Below are positions 28,881 through 42,363 of a stretch of DNA of 64,000 nt, in pieces. Under the pieces are notes generated by a model. It saw nothing but the letters and a program-made list of their open reading frames with translations, had not been told where the DNA came from and made no database searches. Position numbers and translations under genes: made by a program. This DNA is from the human T2T-CHM13v2.0 reference genome, Homo sapiens, in the NCBI RefSeq assembly GCF_009914755.1, contig NC_060928.1, one strand, 5' to 3'. Every line of letters begins with the position of its first letter. The stretch's first letter is position 1.

Positions 28881-31800
28881 CTCCACTCCATTCCATTCCA
28901 TTCCACTCCATTCCATTCCATTCCACTCCACTCCATTCCTTTCCATTCCACTCCACTCCATTCCACCACACTCCACTCCATTCCATTCCACTCCATTCCA
29001 TTCCATTCCATTCTACTCCATTCCATTCCATTCCACTCCATTCCACTCCAGTCCATTCCACTCCATTCCAGTCCATTCCACTCCACTCCATTCCATTCCA
29101 CACCACTCCACTCCACCCACTCCTCTCCACTCCGTTCCACTCCACTCCACTGCATTCCACTCACTCCACTCCACTCCATTCTGCTCCACTGCACTCCACC
29201 CCATTCCATCCCATTCCACTCCGTTCTTTCGACAGGATCTCCCTCTGTCACACAGGCTGTAGCTCAGTGGCACAATCTAAGCACACATTTCTTTCCGTTG
29301 CATTCCGTTTCGTTCCATTCCATTGTTTTAGACTCCACTCCACTCCACTCCACTCCACTCCATTCCTTCCAACTCCATTCCAGTCCATTCCATTCCACAC
29401 ATTTCCATTCCATTCCACTCCAGTCCATTCCACTCCATTCCATTCCATTCAACTCCACTCCATTCCATTCCACTACAATCCAATCCATTCCATTTCACTA
29501 CACTCCATTCCATTCAACTCCTCTCCACTCCATTCCACTCCACTCCACTCCACTGAACTCCACTTCACTACATTACACCACACTCCAACCCATTCCACTC
29601 CTTTCTTTTGACAGGGTCTCTTGTCACACAGGCTGTAGCGCAGTGGCACAATCTCAACACCTATTTCCTTCCATTCTATTCCATTCAACACCATTCCACT
29701 CCACTCGACTTCACTCCACTCCATTCCACTACATTCCATTCCATTCCACTCCATTCCAGTAAATTCCACTCCACTCCATTCCATTCCATTCCACTCAATT
29801 CCATTCCATTCCACTCCATTCCATTCCATTGCACTACACTCCACTCCACTCGATTCCACTCCCCTCCACTCCATTCCCTTCCATTCCATTTCATCCCAAT
29901 CCATTCCATTCCACTAGATTCCTTTCCACTCCCCTCCAGTCTATTCCACACAACTGGAGTCTATTCCACTCCACTTCATTCCATTCCTCTCCACTCCACT
30001 CCATTCCATTCCACACCACTCCACTCCTCTCTACTGCATTCCACTCCTCTCCACACCACTCCATCCCATTCCACTCCATCCCATTCCACTCCTTTCTTTC
30101 GACAGGATCTCCCTCTATCACACAGGCTGTAGCACAGTTGCACAATCTCAGCACCCATTCCATTCCATTCCATTCCATTCCATTCCATTCCATTCTATGC
30201 ATTTCCACTCCACTCCAATCCAATATATTACATTCCCTCCGATTCCGTTCCACTTCATTCCACTACTCTACACTTCACTGCACTCCATTCTATTCCATAC
30301 CACTCCATTCCTTTCCACTCCACTCCACTCAAGTCCACTCCATTCCATTCTATTCCATTATTTTCCATTCCATTCTTTTCCATTCCACTGCACTCCACTA
30401 CCCTCCACTCTATTGCACTCCACTCCACTCCACTTCATTCCATTCCATTCCGTTGTTCTCTAATCCACTCCACGCCACTCCATTCCATTCAACTCCCCTT
30501 CATTCCTTTCCAGTTCATTAAACTCCACTCCATTCCACTCCACTCCACTTCCTTCCATTCCACTACATTCTATTTCACTCCATTCCACTCCATTCCTTTC
30601 CAGTTCATTCCACTCCACTCCATTCCACTCCACTCCTATTCTTTCCATTCCACTCCATTCCATTTCGCTCCATTCCACTCCATTCCATTCCACTCCACTC
30701 CAATCCATTCCAGTACACTCCATTGCATTCCACTCCACTCCACTCCATTCTATTCCACTCCACTCCACTCCATTCCGTTCTACTCGAATCCATTCCTTTC
30801 CACTCCAGTCCATTCCATTCCACTCCACTCCTATCCATTCCACTGCATTCCACTCCATTCCATTTCTTTCCACTCCACTCCATTTCATTTCTTTCCACCC
30901 CACTCCTCTCATCTCCACTCCACTCTAACCCATTCTACTCCTTTTTTCGACAGGATCTTCCTCTGTCACACACGCTGTAGTGCTGAGTCACAAACTCAGC
31001 ACCCATTCCATTCCATTCCATTCTATTCCACTCCACTCCACACCATTCCACTGCACTCCACTCCATCCCATTCCTCTCCATTCTTTCGAAAGGATCTCCC
31101 TCTGTCACACAGGTTGCAGTGCAGTGGCACCATCTCAGAACAACTTCCATTCCGTTTCGTTGCACTCTGTTCCATTCCATTCCGTTCCACTCCACTTCAC
31201 GCCACTACATTCCATTACATACGATTCTATTCCACTCCCTTCCAATCTTCTCCACTCCACTACACTCCATTCCAATCCATTCCACTCCATTCCTTTCCAC
31301 TCTATTTCAATCCTCTCCACTCCAATCTACTCCACTCCCTTCCACTCCCTTCCATTCCATTCCATTCCATTGCAGTCCATTCCACTCAACTAAATTCCAC
31401 TCCACTCAACTCCTCTGTTCAATTCCATTCCATTCCATTCCATTCCATTCCACTCCATTCCATTCCACTCCATTCCATTCCATTCCATTCCACTCCATTC
31501 CATTCCATTCCATTCCACTCCATTCCACTCCATTCCATTCCATTCCACTCCATTCCGTTCCATTCCATTCCATTCCATTCCACTCCACTCCACTGCACTC
31601 CAATCCCCTCTTTTCAATTCCATTTCATTCCATTGCACTCCACTCCACTCCTCTCCACTCCACTCCATTACATTCCACTCAACTCCACTCCACGTCACTC
31701 CACTCCACTCCATTCCACTCCATTATATTCCACTCCACTCCACTCCACTTTATTCCATTCCACTCCATTCCATTCCATTGCACTCAATTCCATTTCGTTC

Positions 31801-32706
31801 CACTCCAATCCACTACACTCATTCCACTCCACTGCACTCCACTACACTCATTCCACTCCACTGCACTCCACTACACTCCATTCCATTACACTCCGCTCCA
31901 TTAAACTCCACTTCACTCCATCCACTCCTCTCCACTCCATTCCACTCCACTCCACTCCACTGCATCCCATTCCACTCCTTTCTTTCGACAGTATTTCCTT
32001 CTGTCACAAAGGCTATTTCGCAGTGCCACAATTTCAGATCCCATTCCCTTCCCTTCCATTCCATTCCATTCCATTCCATTCCATTGCAGTCCACTCCACT
32101 CAACTCAATTCCAATCCACTCCACTCCACTGCATCCCATCACACTCCTTTCTTTCGACAGGATTTCCCTCTGTCCGAAAGGCTATTTTGCAGTGGCACAA
32201 TCTCTGATCCATTTTCATTTCATTACATTCCATGTCATTCCATTCCATTCCATTCCATTCCGTTCCATTCCATTCCAGTAAATTCCACTGAACTTCATTC
32301 AATTCCATTCCACTTCACTCCATTCCATTCCACTAAACTCCACTCCAATCCACTCCACTCAATTCAACTCCACTACACTCCATTCGGTTCCATTGCACAC
32401 CACTACATTCCAATCCACTCCATTCCATTCCACTCTATTTCACTGTACTCCATACCATTCCATTCCATTGCACTCCACTTCACTGTACTCCACTCCACTC
32501 CACACCACTCCATTCCATTCCACTCCACTCCACTCCAGTCCACAACACTCCATTCCATTCCACTCGACCCCGTTCTATTCCATTCCATACCACTCCACTC
32601 CACTCCAGGCCTCTACATTCCACTCCACTCTACTGCACTACACTCCGTTACACTCCATTCCATTTCATTCCACACCATTCCATTGCACTCCAGTCCATTC
32701 CACTCC

Positions 32707-32721
32707 ATTCCAGAAAATTCC
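32707..32721. promoter_or_regulatory. Perfect three-unit heat shock element consensus match (nTTCnnGAAnnTTCn)
   Basis: aTTCcaGAAaaTTCc; sequence match only, binding not shown. Confidence 0.35.
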
Positions 32722-34565
32722 AGTTAACTCCATTCCATTCTATTCCACTGCACTCCATTCAATTCCACTCAACTCCACTCCACTCCACTCCATTCCACCA
32801 CACTCCACTCCATTCCCTTCCACGCCATTCCATTCCATTCCACTCCATTCCATTCCATTTCACTCTAGTCCATTCCACTCAATTCCAGTCCATACCACTC
32901 CACTCCATTCAATTCCTCTCCTCTCCGATCCATTCCATTTCACTCCGCTCTGCTCCATTCCGTTTCACTCCACTCCACTCCATTCCACTCCATTCCACTC
33001 CACTCCACCCCATTCCACTCCACTCCACTCAACGATCCATTCAATTTCAGTCCACTCCGCTCCATTCCATTTCACTCCACTCAATTCCATTTCACTCCAT
33101 TCCTCTCCACTCCATTCCACTCCACTCCACTCCATTCCACACCACTCCATTCCATTCCACTCAACTCCACTCCATCCCACCCCATTACACTCCTTTCTTT
33201 CGACATGATTTCTCTCTGTCACACAGGCTGAAGCACAGTTACACAATCTCCGCACCCATTCCATTCCATTGCATTCCATTCCATTCCATTCCATTCCATT
33301 CATTTAAATTTGATTCAACTCAACTCCACTCCAAGCCACTCCATTCCATTCCACTCCACTCCATTCCATTCCAATCCACTCCACCATTCCACTCCACTCC
33401 ACTGCACTCCATTCCTCTCCACTCAACTTCACTCCATTCCTCTTCATTCCATTCCCTTCCACTCCATTCAATTCCAGTCCACTCCAGTTAATTCCACTCC
33501 TTTCCAGTAAATTCCACTCCATAGCATTCCATTCCACTCCACTCCATTCCATTCCATTCCATTCCTCTCCACTCCATTCCACTCCACTCCACTCCATTCC
33601 ACTCTATTCCACTACACTCCATTCCCCTCCACTTCAATCCACTCCACTCCATTTCTCTCCATTCCATTGCATCCCATTCCAATCCATTCTATTCCACTCC
33701 CGTCCATTTTACTCCATTCCATTGCATTCCATTCCATTTCATTTCATTCCATTCCATTTCACTGCACTCTACTCCACTCCACTCCAATCCATTCCATTCC
33801 TTTCCACTCCACTCTACTCCGTTCCACTCCACTCCATTCCATTCCATTCCCCTCCACTCCACTCCTATCCACTCCACTCCTTTCTGTCCCACTCCACTCC
33901 TATCCGCTCCACTCCTCTCTGTTCTACTCCACTCCATTCCACTCCACTTCATTCCACTCCACTCCACTCCATTTCAATACACTCCACTCAATTCCACTCA
34001 ACTCCACTTCACTCCACTCCACTCCATTCCACTCCACTCCACTCCATTCCACTCCATTCCATTCCACTCCATTCAAGTAAAACCTTCCCAATCCATTCCA
34101 CTCCACTCCATTCCTCTGCACTCCACTCCACTCCATTCCTCTCCATTCCGTTCCCTTCAACTCCATTCAATTCCAATCCACTCCAGTTAATTCCACTTCT
34201 TTCCAGTAAATTCCCATCCACTCCATTCCATTCCATTCCACTCCATTTCACTCCACTCCACTCCATTCCACTCCATTACTTTCCATTCCACTCCATTCCC
34301 ATTCCACTCCATTCCCATCCATTCCACTCCACTTCACTCCACTTCATTCCAGTCCACTCCATCCCATTCTACTCCTTTCCATTCGAATCCACTCCACTCC
34401 GTTCCATGTCACTGCACTCCATTCCATTCCAGTCTGCTCCACTCCACTTCACTACACTCCATTCTGCTCCACTCAACTCCATTCCGCTCTACTCAACTCC
34501 ATTCCACTCCATTCCACTCCACTTCACACCGCTCCAGTCCAGTCCACTCCATCCCATTTCACTCC

Positions 34566-34606
34566 TTTCTTTCGTCAGGATGTCTCTCTGTCATACAGGC
34601 TGTAGC
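34566..34606 (-). mobile_element. Truncated type B Alu fragment
   Basis: ...ctgtcatacaggctgtag then directly ctccattgaattcta; lacks the GCAGTGGCACAATCTCAGC half. Confidence 0.8.
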
Positions 34607-36180
34607 TCCATTGAATTCTACTCCACTTTATTCCACTCCACTCTACTCCACATCACTCCACTCCACACCACTCCAATCCCCTCTATTTCACTCCATTCCT
34701 TTCCACTCCATTCCATTCCTGTCCATTCAACTCAATTCAAGCAAATTGAACTCCACTCAATTCCAATCCATTCTACTCAACTCCTCTCCACTCCACTCCA
34801 ATCGACTCTACTCTTCTCCATTCCCCTCAAATCCATTCCATTCCGTTCCACTCCATTCCATTCCATTCCATTCCACTCCATTCCATTCCATTCCATTTCA
34901 TTCCATTCCATTCCACTCCTTTCCATTCTACGCCAGTTCATTCCACTCCACTCCAGTTATTTCCACTCTATTCCATTCCATTCCACTCCTCTCTGCTCCA
35001 TTCCATTCCAGTCCACTCCAGTCCATTTCACTCCACTCCATTCCACTCCACTCCATTCCACTCCACTCCACTCCATTTCTCTCCACTCCACTCCATTCCA
35101 TTCCATTCCATTCCATTCCACTCAACTCCACTCCACGAAACTCCAACCTACCCCATTACACTCCTTTCTTTCGACATGATTTACCTGTCACACAGTCTGT
35201 AGCACAGTTGCACAATCTCTGCACCAATTCCATTCCAATCCATTCCATTCCATTCTATTACCTTCTATTTCTATCCATTCAACTCATCTGCACTCCTCAC
35301 CACTCCATTCCATTCCACTCCTCTCCATTCCATTCCACTCCACTCCACTCCAATCCATTGCTCTCCACTCCACTCCACTCCATTCCACTCCATTCCATTC
35401 CATTCCATTCCACTCCATTCCATTCCAATCCACTCCAGTTCTTTCCACTCCTTTCCAGTAAATTCCACTCTACTCCATTGAATTCCATTCCACTCCACTC
35501 CATTCCATTCCATTCAATTCCACTCCACTCAATTCCACTCCATTCCATTCCACTGTGCTCAACTCCACTCCACTCCACTCCACTCCCTTCCACACCACTT
35601 GACTCCATTCCTTTCCATTCCATTCCATTCCATTCCACTCCATTCCAGTCCCTTCCACTCCAGGCCATTCCACTCCTCTCAACTCCATTCCACTCCAATC
35701 CACTCCATTCCTTTCCACTCCTCTCCATTCCATTCCACTCCATCCATTCCTCTCCAATCCATATCACTCCACTCCACTCCATTCCACTCCTCTCCACTCC
35801 ACTGCATTCCACTCTACTCCACTCCAATCCACTCCACTCCATCCCATTCCACTGCTTTCCTTCGACACGATCTCCCTCTGTCACACAGGCTGTAACGCAG
35901 TGGCACAATCTCAGCCCACATTCCGTTCTGTTGCATTCCATTCCATTCCACTCCACTCCACTCCAGTCCACTACATTCCATTACATCCTATTCCATTTCA
36001 ATCCATTCCACTCCTCTGAACTCCACTGCACTCCATTCCACTCCATTCCTTTCCAGTCCACTCCACTCCTCTCCACTCCATTGCATTCCATTCCATTCCA
36101 TTTCACTGCACTCCACCCAACTCCACTCAATTAAACTCCACTCCACTCCTCCATTCCATTCCATTCTATTCCATTCCATT

Positions 36181-36300
36181 CCATTCCATTCCATTCCACT
36201 TCTATCCATTCCACTCTGTTTCATTCCTTTACACTCCATTCCATTCCATTCCATTCCACTTCTATCCATTCCACTCTGTTTCATTCCTTTACACTCCATT
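36181..36300 (+). repeat. Perfect 60-bp tandem duplication
   Basis: 36181-36240 is identical to 36241-36300. Confidence 0.95.
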
Positions 36301-38378
36301 CCACTCCACTCCACTCCATTCCACTCCACTCCATTCCATTCCACTCCACTCCATTCCTTTCCACTCCACTGCCATCCTTTCCACCAAAGTCCAGTCCATT
36401 CCACTCCACTCCACTTCATTTCACTCCCCTCCATACCACTCCAATCCATTTCTCTCTTTTCCACTGCATTACACTCCATTCCACTCCAATCCAGTCCACT
36501 CCACTTCTCTCCACTCCATTCAATTCTGCTCCTTTGTTTTGACAGGTTCTCCCTATGTCACACAGGATGTAGCGCAGAGGCACAATCTCAAAACCCATTC
36601 CGTTCCATTCCATTGTGTTGCATTCAATTCTACTCTACTTCTCTCTACGCCACTTCATTCCATTCCGATCCACTCCATTCCATTCCATTCCATTCCATTC
36701 AATTCCACTGCACTCCACTCCACTGCACTGCACTCCACTCCACTGCACTCTATTCCACTCCATTCCACTCCACTCCATTCCACTCCTTTCCACGCCATTC
36801 CAATCCATTCCACTACAGTCCCATCCACTCCATTCCAGTAAATTCCACTTTTCTTCATTCCATTCCATTCCACTCCACTACATTCCATTCCACTCAACTC
36901 CACTGCACTGCACTCAACTGCACTCCACTCCCCTCCACTCCTTTCCACTCCACTCCACTCCCTTCCATTCCACTCCATTCCATTCCAGTCCACTCCAGTC
37001 CATTCCACTCCACTCGAATTCTTTCCACTCTACTCCATTCCATTCCACTCCACTCCAATCCATTCCATTCCACTCCAGTCCATTCCATTTTGCTCCGATC
37101 CGCTCCATTCCATTCCACTCAACTCTATTCCACTGCATTCCACTCCATTCCACTCCACTCTACTCCACTCCATACCCTTCCACTCCTTCCTTTCGACAGG
37201 CTCTCCCTCTGTAACACAGGTTGTAGCACAGTGGCACAATCTCAGCACCCATTCTCTTCCGTTCGATTCCATTCCATTCCATTCCGTTCCGTTCCATTCC
37301 ATTCCAATCCGTTCCACTCCACTACGTTGCATTACCTCCAATTCAATTCAACTCCATTCCACTCCTCTCCACTCCACTGCACTCCATTCAACTCCATTCC
37401 ACTCCATTCCTTTCCACTCCACTCCACTCCACTGCACTCCATTCCACTCCATTCTGTTCCATACCATTCCACTCCACTCCATTCCACTACATTCCATTAC
37501 ATCCAATCCCATTCCACTCCATTCCACTTCAGTCCACACCTCCATTCCATTCCATTCCTTTTCACTCCACTCCACTCCACTGCATTCCATTCCATTCCAT
37601 TCCATTCCACTCGACTCCACTCCACGCCACTCCATTCCATTCCACTCCAAACCATTCTATTCCATTCCACTCCACTCCATTTCACTCCATTCCCCTCCAT
37701 TCCACTCTATTCCACTCCACTCCATTCCACTCCACTTCAATCCACTCCACTCCATTTTTCTCCATTCCATTGCATTGCATTCAAATCCATTCTATTCCAC
37801 TCCAGTCCATTGCAATCCACTCCAGTCCATTCCACTCCATTCCACTCCATTTCACTGCACTCAACTCCACTCCACTCCACTCCTTTTCACTGCACTCAAC
37901 TCCACTCCACTCCTCTCCATTCCTTTCCACTCCACTGCACTCCATTCCACTCCACTCCACTCCACTTCATTCCACTCCACTCCACTCCACTCCACTCAAC
38001 TCCACTTCACTCCACTCCACTCAACTCCACTTCACTCCACTCTACTCCGTTCCACTCCACTCCACTCTGTTGCATCCCACTCCACTCCATTCCATTCCAT
38101 TCCACTCCAGTCCATTCCGCTCCATTTCAGTAAATTCCAGTCCATTCTATTCCACTCCACTTCATTCCACTCCAATCCAGTCCACTCCATACCATTCCAC
38201 TTCTTTCCATTCGATTCCACTCCACTCCGTTCCAAGTCATTGCTCTCCATTCTATTCCAGTCCACTCCATTCCACTTCAGTCCACTCCACTCCATTCCAC
38301 TCCACTCAACTCCATTCCTCTCCATTCCACTCCACTTCACTCCGATCCTGTCCAGTCCACTCCATACCATTCCACTCG

Positions 38379-38419
38379 TTTCTTTCAACAGGATCTCCCT
38401 CTGTCACACAGGCTGTAAC
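38379..38419 (-). mobile_element. Truncated type B Alu fragment
   Basis: ...ctgtcacacaggctgtaa then ctccattcaattcta; same breakpoint as 34566. Confidence 0.8.
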
Positions 38420-40959
38420 TCCATTCAATTCTATTCCATTTCATTCCACTCCATTCCCTGCCACTCCACTCCACTCTATTCCACTCCATTCATTTCCATT
38501 TCATTCCACTCCAGTTTAATCAACTCCATTCAAGTTAATTCAACTCCACTCTATTCCATTCCATTCCACTCCATTTCATTCCATTCCACTCAACTTCTCT
38601 CCAGTCCACTGCGCTCCCCTCCATTCCCCTCAACTTCTTTCCATTCCATTCCACTCCGTTGCATTCCATTCCTTTCCATTCCACACCATTCCTTTCCATT
38701 CCACTGCTGTCCATTCCACTCCACTCCTGTTTTTTCCACTCCACTCCATTCCATTCCACTCCTCTCCACTTCATTGCATTCCACTCTACCCCACTCCATT
38801 CAATTCCACTCCACTTCATTCCACCCCACTCCACTCCACTCCTTTCCACTCAATTCCACTCCACGCCATCCCATTCCACTCCTTTCTTTCAACAGGATCT
38901 CCCTCTGTCACACAGGCTGTAGTGCAGTGGAACAATCTCAGCACCCATTCCGTTCCGTTCCGTTTTGTTCCATTCCGTTGTGTTCCATTCCGTGCATTGC
39001 ATTGAACTCCTCTCCATTCCACTACATTCCATTACATCTGATTCCATTTCACTTCATTCCACTCCTCTCCACTTCACTGCATTCCATTGCACTCCTTTCC
39101 TTTCCACTTCAATCCACTCCACTCCACTCAACTCCACTTCATTCCATTCCATTCCATTCCATTCCACTGCACTCCAGTCCAGTAAATTCCACTCCACTCG
39201 ACTGCTCCATTCCATTCCACTCCAGTCCATTCCACTCCACTCAAGTCCATTCCACTGCAATCCATTCCATTCCACTCCGCTCCTCTCTATTCCATTCTAC
39301 TACACTCCACTCCATTCCACGCAACTCCACCCCATTCCACTCCACTCAACTCCACTCAACTACATTCCACTCCACTGCAAACAACTCCATCCCATTCCAT
39401 TAATTTCTTTTGAGAGGATCTCCCTCTCTTACAAAGGCTGTAGCACAGTGGCACAGTCTCAGCACCCATAGCAGTCCATTCCATTCCATTCCATTCCATT
39501 CCATTCCATTCCATTCCGTTATGTTCCATTGCATTCTGTTTCACTCCCCATTCCATTCCATTCCACTCCACTCCATTTCACTCCACTCCACTCCATTCCA
39601 CTCCACTCAACTCCACTACACTCCTCTGCATTCCACTCCATTCCATTCCATTCCACTCCATTCCACTGCACTCCACTCGACTCCACTGAATCCCCTTTCA
39701 CTCCTTTCTTTCAACACGACCTCTGTCTGTCACACAGGCTGTAGCACAGTGGCACAATCTCAGCATCCATTCTGTTCCGTTTGGTTCTTTCCATTCATTT
39801 CCATACTATTCCACTCGGCTCCACTCCATTACATCCGATTACATTCGACTCCATTCCGCTCCTCTCCACTCCACTGCACTCCATTCCACTCCATTCCACT
39901 GCATTCCTCTCCACTCCACTCCACTGCACTCCATTCCATTCCATTCCATTCCACTCCACTTCACTCCTCTACATTCCATTACATCTGATTCCATTCCAAT
40001 CCATTCCACTTCACACCACACCTCCATTCCATTCCATTCCTTTTCACTCCACTCCACTGCATTCCGTTCCATTCCATTCCACTCCACTCCATGACACTGC
40101 ATTCCATTCCTCTCCACTCCATTCCATTCCATTCCATTCCATTCCATTCCATTCCATTCCATCCCACTCCACCCGAGTCCACTCTATTCCATTCCACTCC
40201 ACTCCAGTCCTCTTCAATCCACTCCACTCCATTTCCCTCAATTCCATTGCATTCCACTCCAATCCATTCTTTCCACTCCAGTACATTGCGCTCCACTCCA
40301 GTCCATTCCACTCCATTCCATTCCATTTTACTGCACTCAACCCCACTCTACTTCACTCCACTCCACTCCATTCCTTTCCACTCCACTCCACTCCGTTCCA
40401 CCCCACTCAACTCCATTCCTCCCCACTCCATTCCATTCCATTCCAATCCACTCTAATCAACTCCATTCCACTCCACTCCATTCCACTCCAGTCCATTCCA
40501 CTCCACTCCACATCATTCCAATCCACTCCACTCCATTCCACTCTACTCCATTCCATTCCACTCAACTCCACTTCACTCCACTCCACTCCACTCCATTCCA
40601 CTCCACTCAATTCCTTTTCATTCCAATCCAGTGCATTCCACTCCATTCCAGTAAATTCCAATTCACTCCATTCCAATCCACTCCACTCCATTCCATTCCA
40701 CTCCATTCCTTTCCATTCCACTCTATTCCCTTCCATTCCACTCCATTTCACTCCACTCCAATCCAGTCCACTCCATCCCATTCCACTCCTTTTGATTCAA
40801 ATCCACTCCACTCCCTTCCATGTCACTGCACTCCATTCCATTCCAGTCCACTATACTCCACTTCACTCCACTCCATTCCACTCCACTCAACTCCATTCTA
40901 CTCCATTCTGCTCCACTTCACTCCACTCCAGTCCAGTCCACTCCATTCCATTTCTCTCC

Positions 40960-41000
40960 TTTCTTTCGACATGATCTCCCTCTGTCACACACGCTGTAGC
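40960..41000 (-). mobile_element. Truncated type B Alu fragment
   Basis: ...ctgtcacacacgctgtag then ctccatgcaattcta; same breakpoint as 34566 and 38379. Confidence 0.8.
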
Positions 41001-42100
41001 TCCATGCAATTCTATTAAACGCCATTCCACTCCACTCCACGCCACACCACTCCCCTCCATGCCACTCCAATCTATTCCACTCCATTCCTTTCCATTCCTT
41101 TCCACTCCAGTCCATTCAACTCCATTCAGGTAAATTCAACTCCACTCTATTCCATTTCATTCCACTCAACTTCTCTCCACTGCACTCCACTCTACTCCAC
41201 TCTTCTCCTTTCCCCTCAACTCCATTCTATTCCATTCCACTCCATGTCATTCCCTTAAATTTCATTTCACTCCATTCCTTTCCATTCCATTCCATTCCAC
41301 TCCACTCCAGTTTTTTCTGCTCCACTCCATTGCATTAAACTCCACTCCACTTCATTCCATTCCACTCCACTCCAACTCCACTCCACTCCATTCCACGCCA
41401 CTCCTCTCCACTCCACTCCATCCCATTCCACGCCTTTCTTTTGACAGGATCTCCGTCTGTCACACAGGCTTTAGCGCAGTGTCACAATCTCCGCACCCAT
41501 TCCGTTTCATTCCATTTTGTTCCTTTGAGTTCTGTTCCTTTCTGTCCATTGTTTTCCACTCCACTCAACTGCACTACATTCCATTACATCTGATTTCATT
41601 CCAATTCATTCCACTCCTCTCCACTTCACTGCATTCCATTGCACTCCATTCCACTCCATTCTTTCCACTTGAATCCACTCCCATCCACTCAACTCCACTC
41701 CATTCCATTCCATTCCATTCCATTGCATTCCACTCCACTCCACTCAACTCCAGTCAAATCCACTCCACTCCTCTTAATTCCATTCCTTTCCATTCCACTG
41801 TACTCCACTCCCTGTATCTCCACTCCATTGAAATCTACTCCAAACCGTTCCACTACACTCCGTTCCATTAAATTTTATTCCACTCTATTTCATTCTTGAC
41901 TCCACTCCAATCCAATCAACTCCATTCCACTCCAATCCACTCCACTCCACTCCACTCCATTATACTCCATTCCATTCCACTCCAATCCACTCCATTCCAA
42001 TCCAGTGCACTACACTCCACTCCACTCCATTCCACTTTACTCCTCTCGATTCCACTCCTCTCCACCTCACTCCACTCCATTCTGCTCCACTCCACTCCTT

Positions 42101-42160
42101 TCCATTCCACTCCACTCCTTTGCATTCTATTCCATTCCACTCCACTCCTTTGCATTCTAT
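42101..42160 (+). repeat. Perfect 30-bp tandem duplication
   Basis: tccattccactccactcctttgcattctat x2. Confidence 0.9.
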
Positions 42161-42363
42161 TCCATTCCATTCCACTGCATTCTATTCCATTCCATTCCAC
42201 TCCACTCCATTCCATTCCACTCCACTCCATTCCTTTCCATTCCACTCTACTCCATTCCATTCCCCTCCACTTCATTCCATTACACTCCAGTCCATTCCAT
42301 TCCTCTCCACTCCACTCCATTCCACTCCACTCCACTCCACTCCACTGCATTCCATTCAACCCG

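Noticed and set aside
28448-29251. Minus-strand MEWNG/VEWSG ORFs
   Set aside because: These are direct translations of GGAAT/GGAGT, with an ATG in every repeat. A similar pentapeptide is reported for the SCA31 TGGAA expansion, but nothing here supports translation.
40168-40180. ccacccgagtcc resembling the classical Sat III CAACCCGAGT spacer
   Set aside because: It is a single imperfect hit on the wrong (C-rich) strand; the recurrent classical spacer is not seen in this window.
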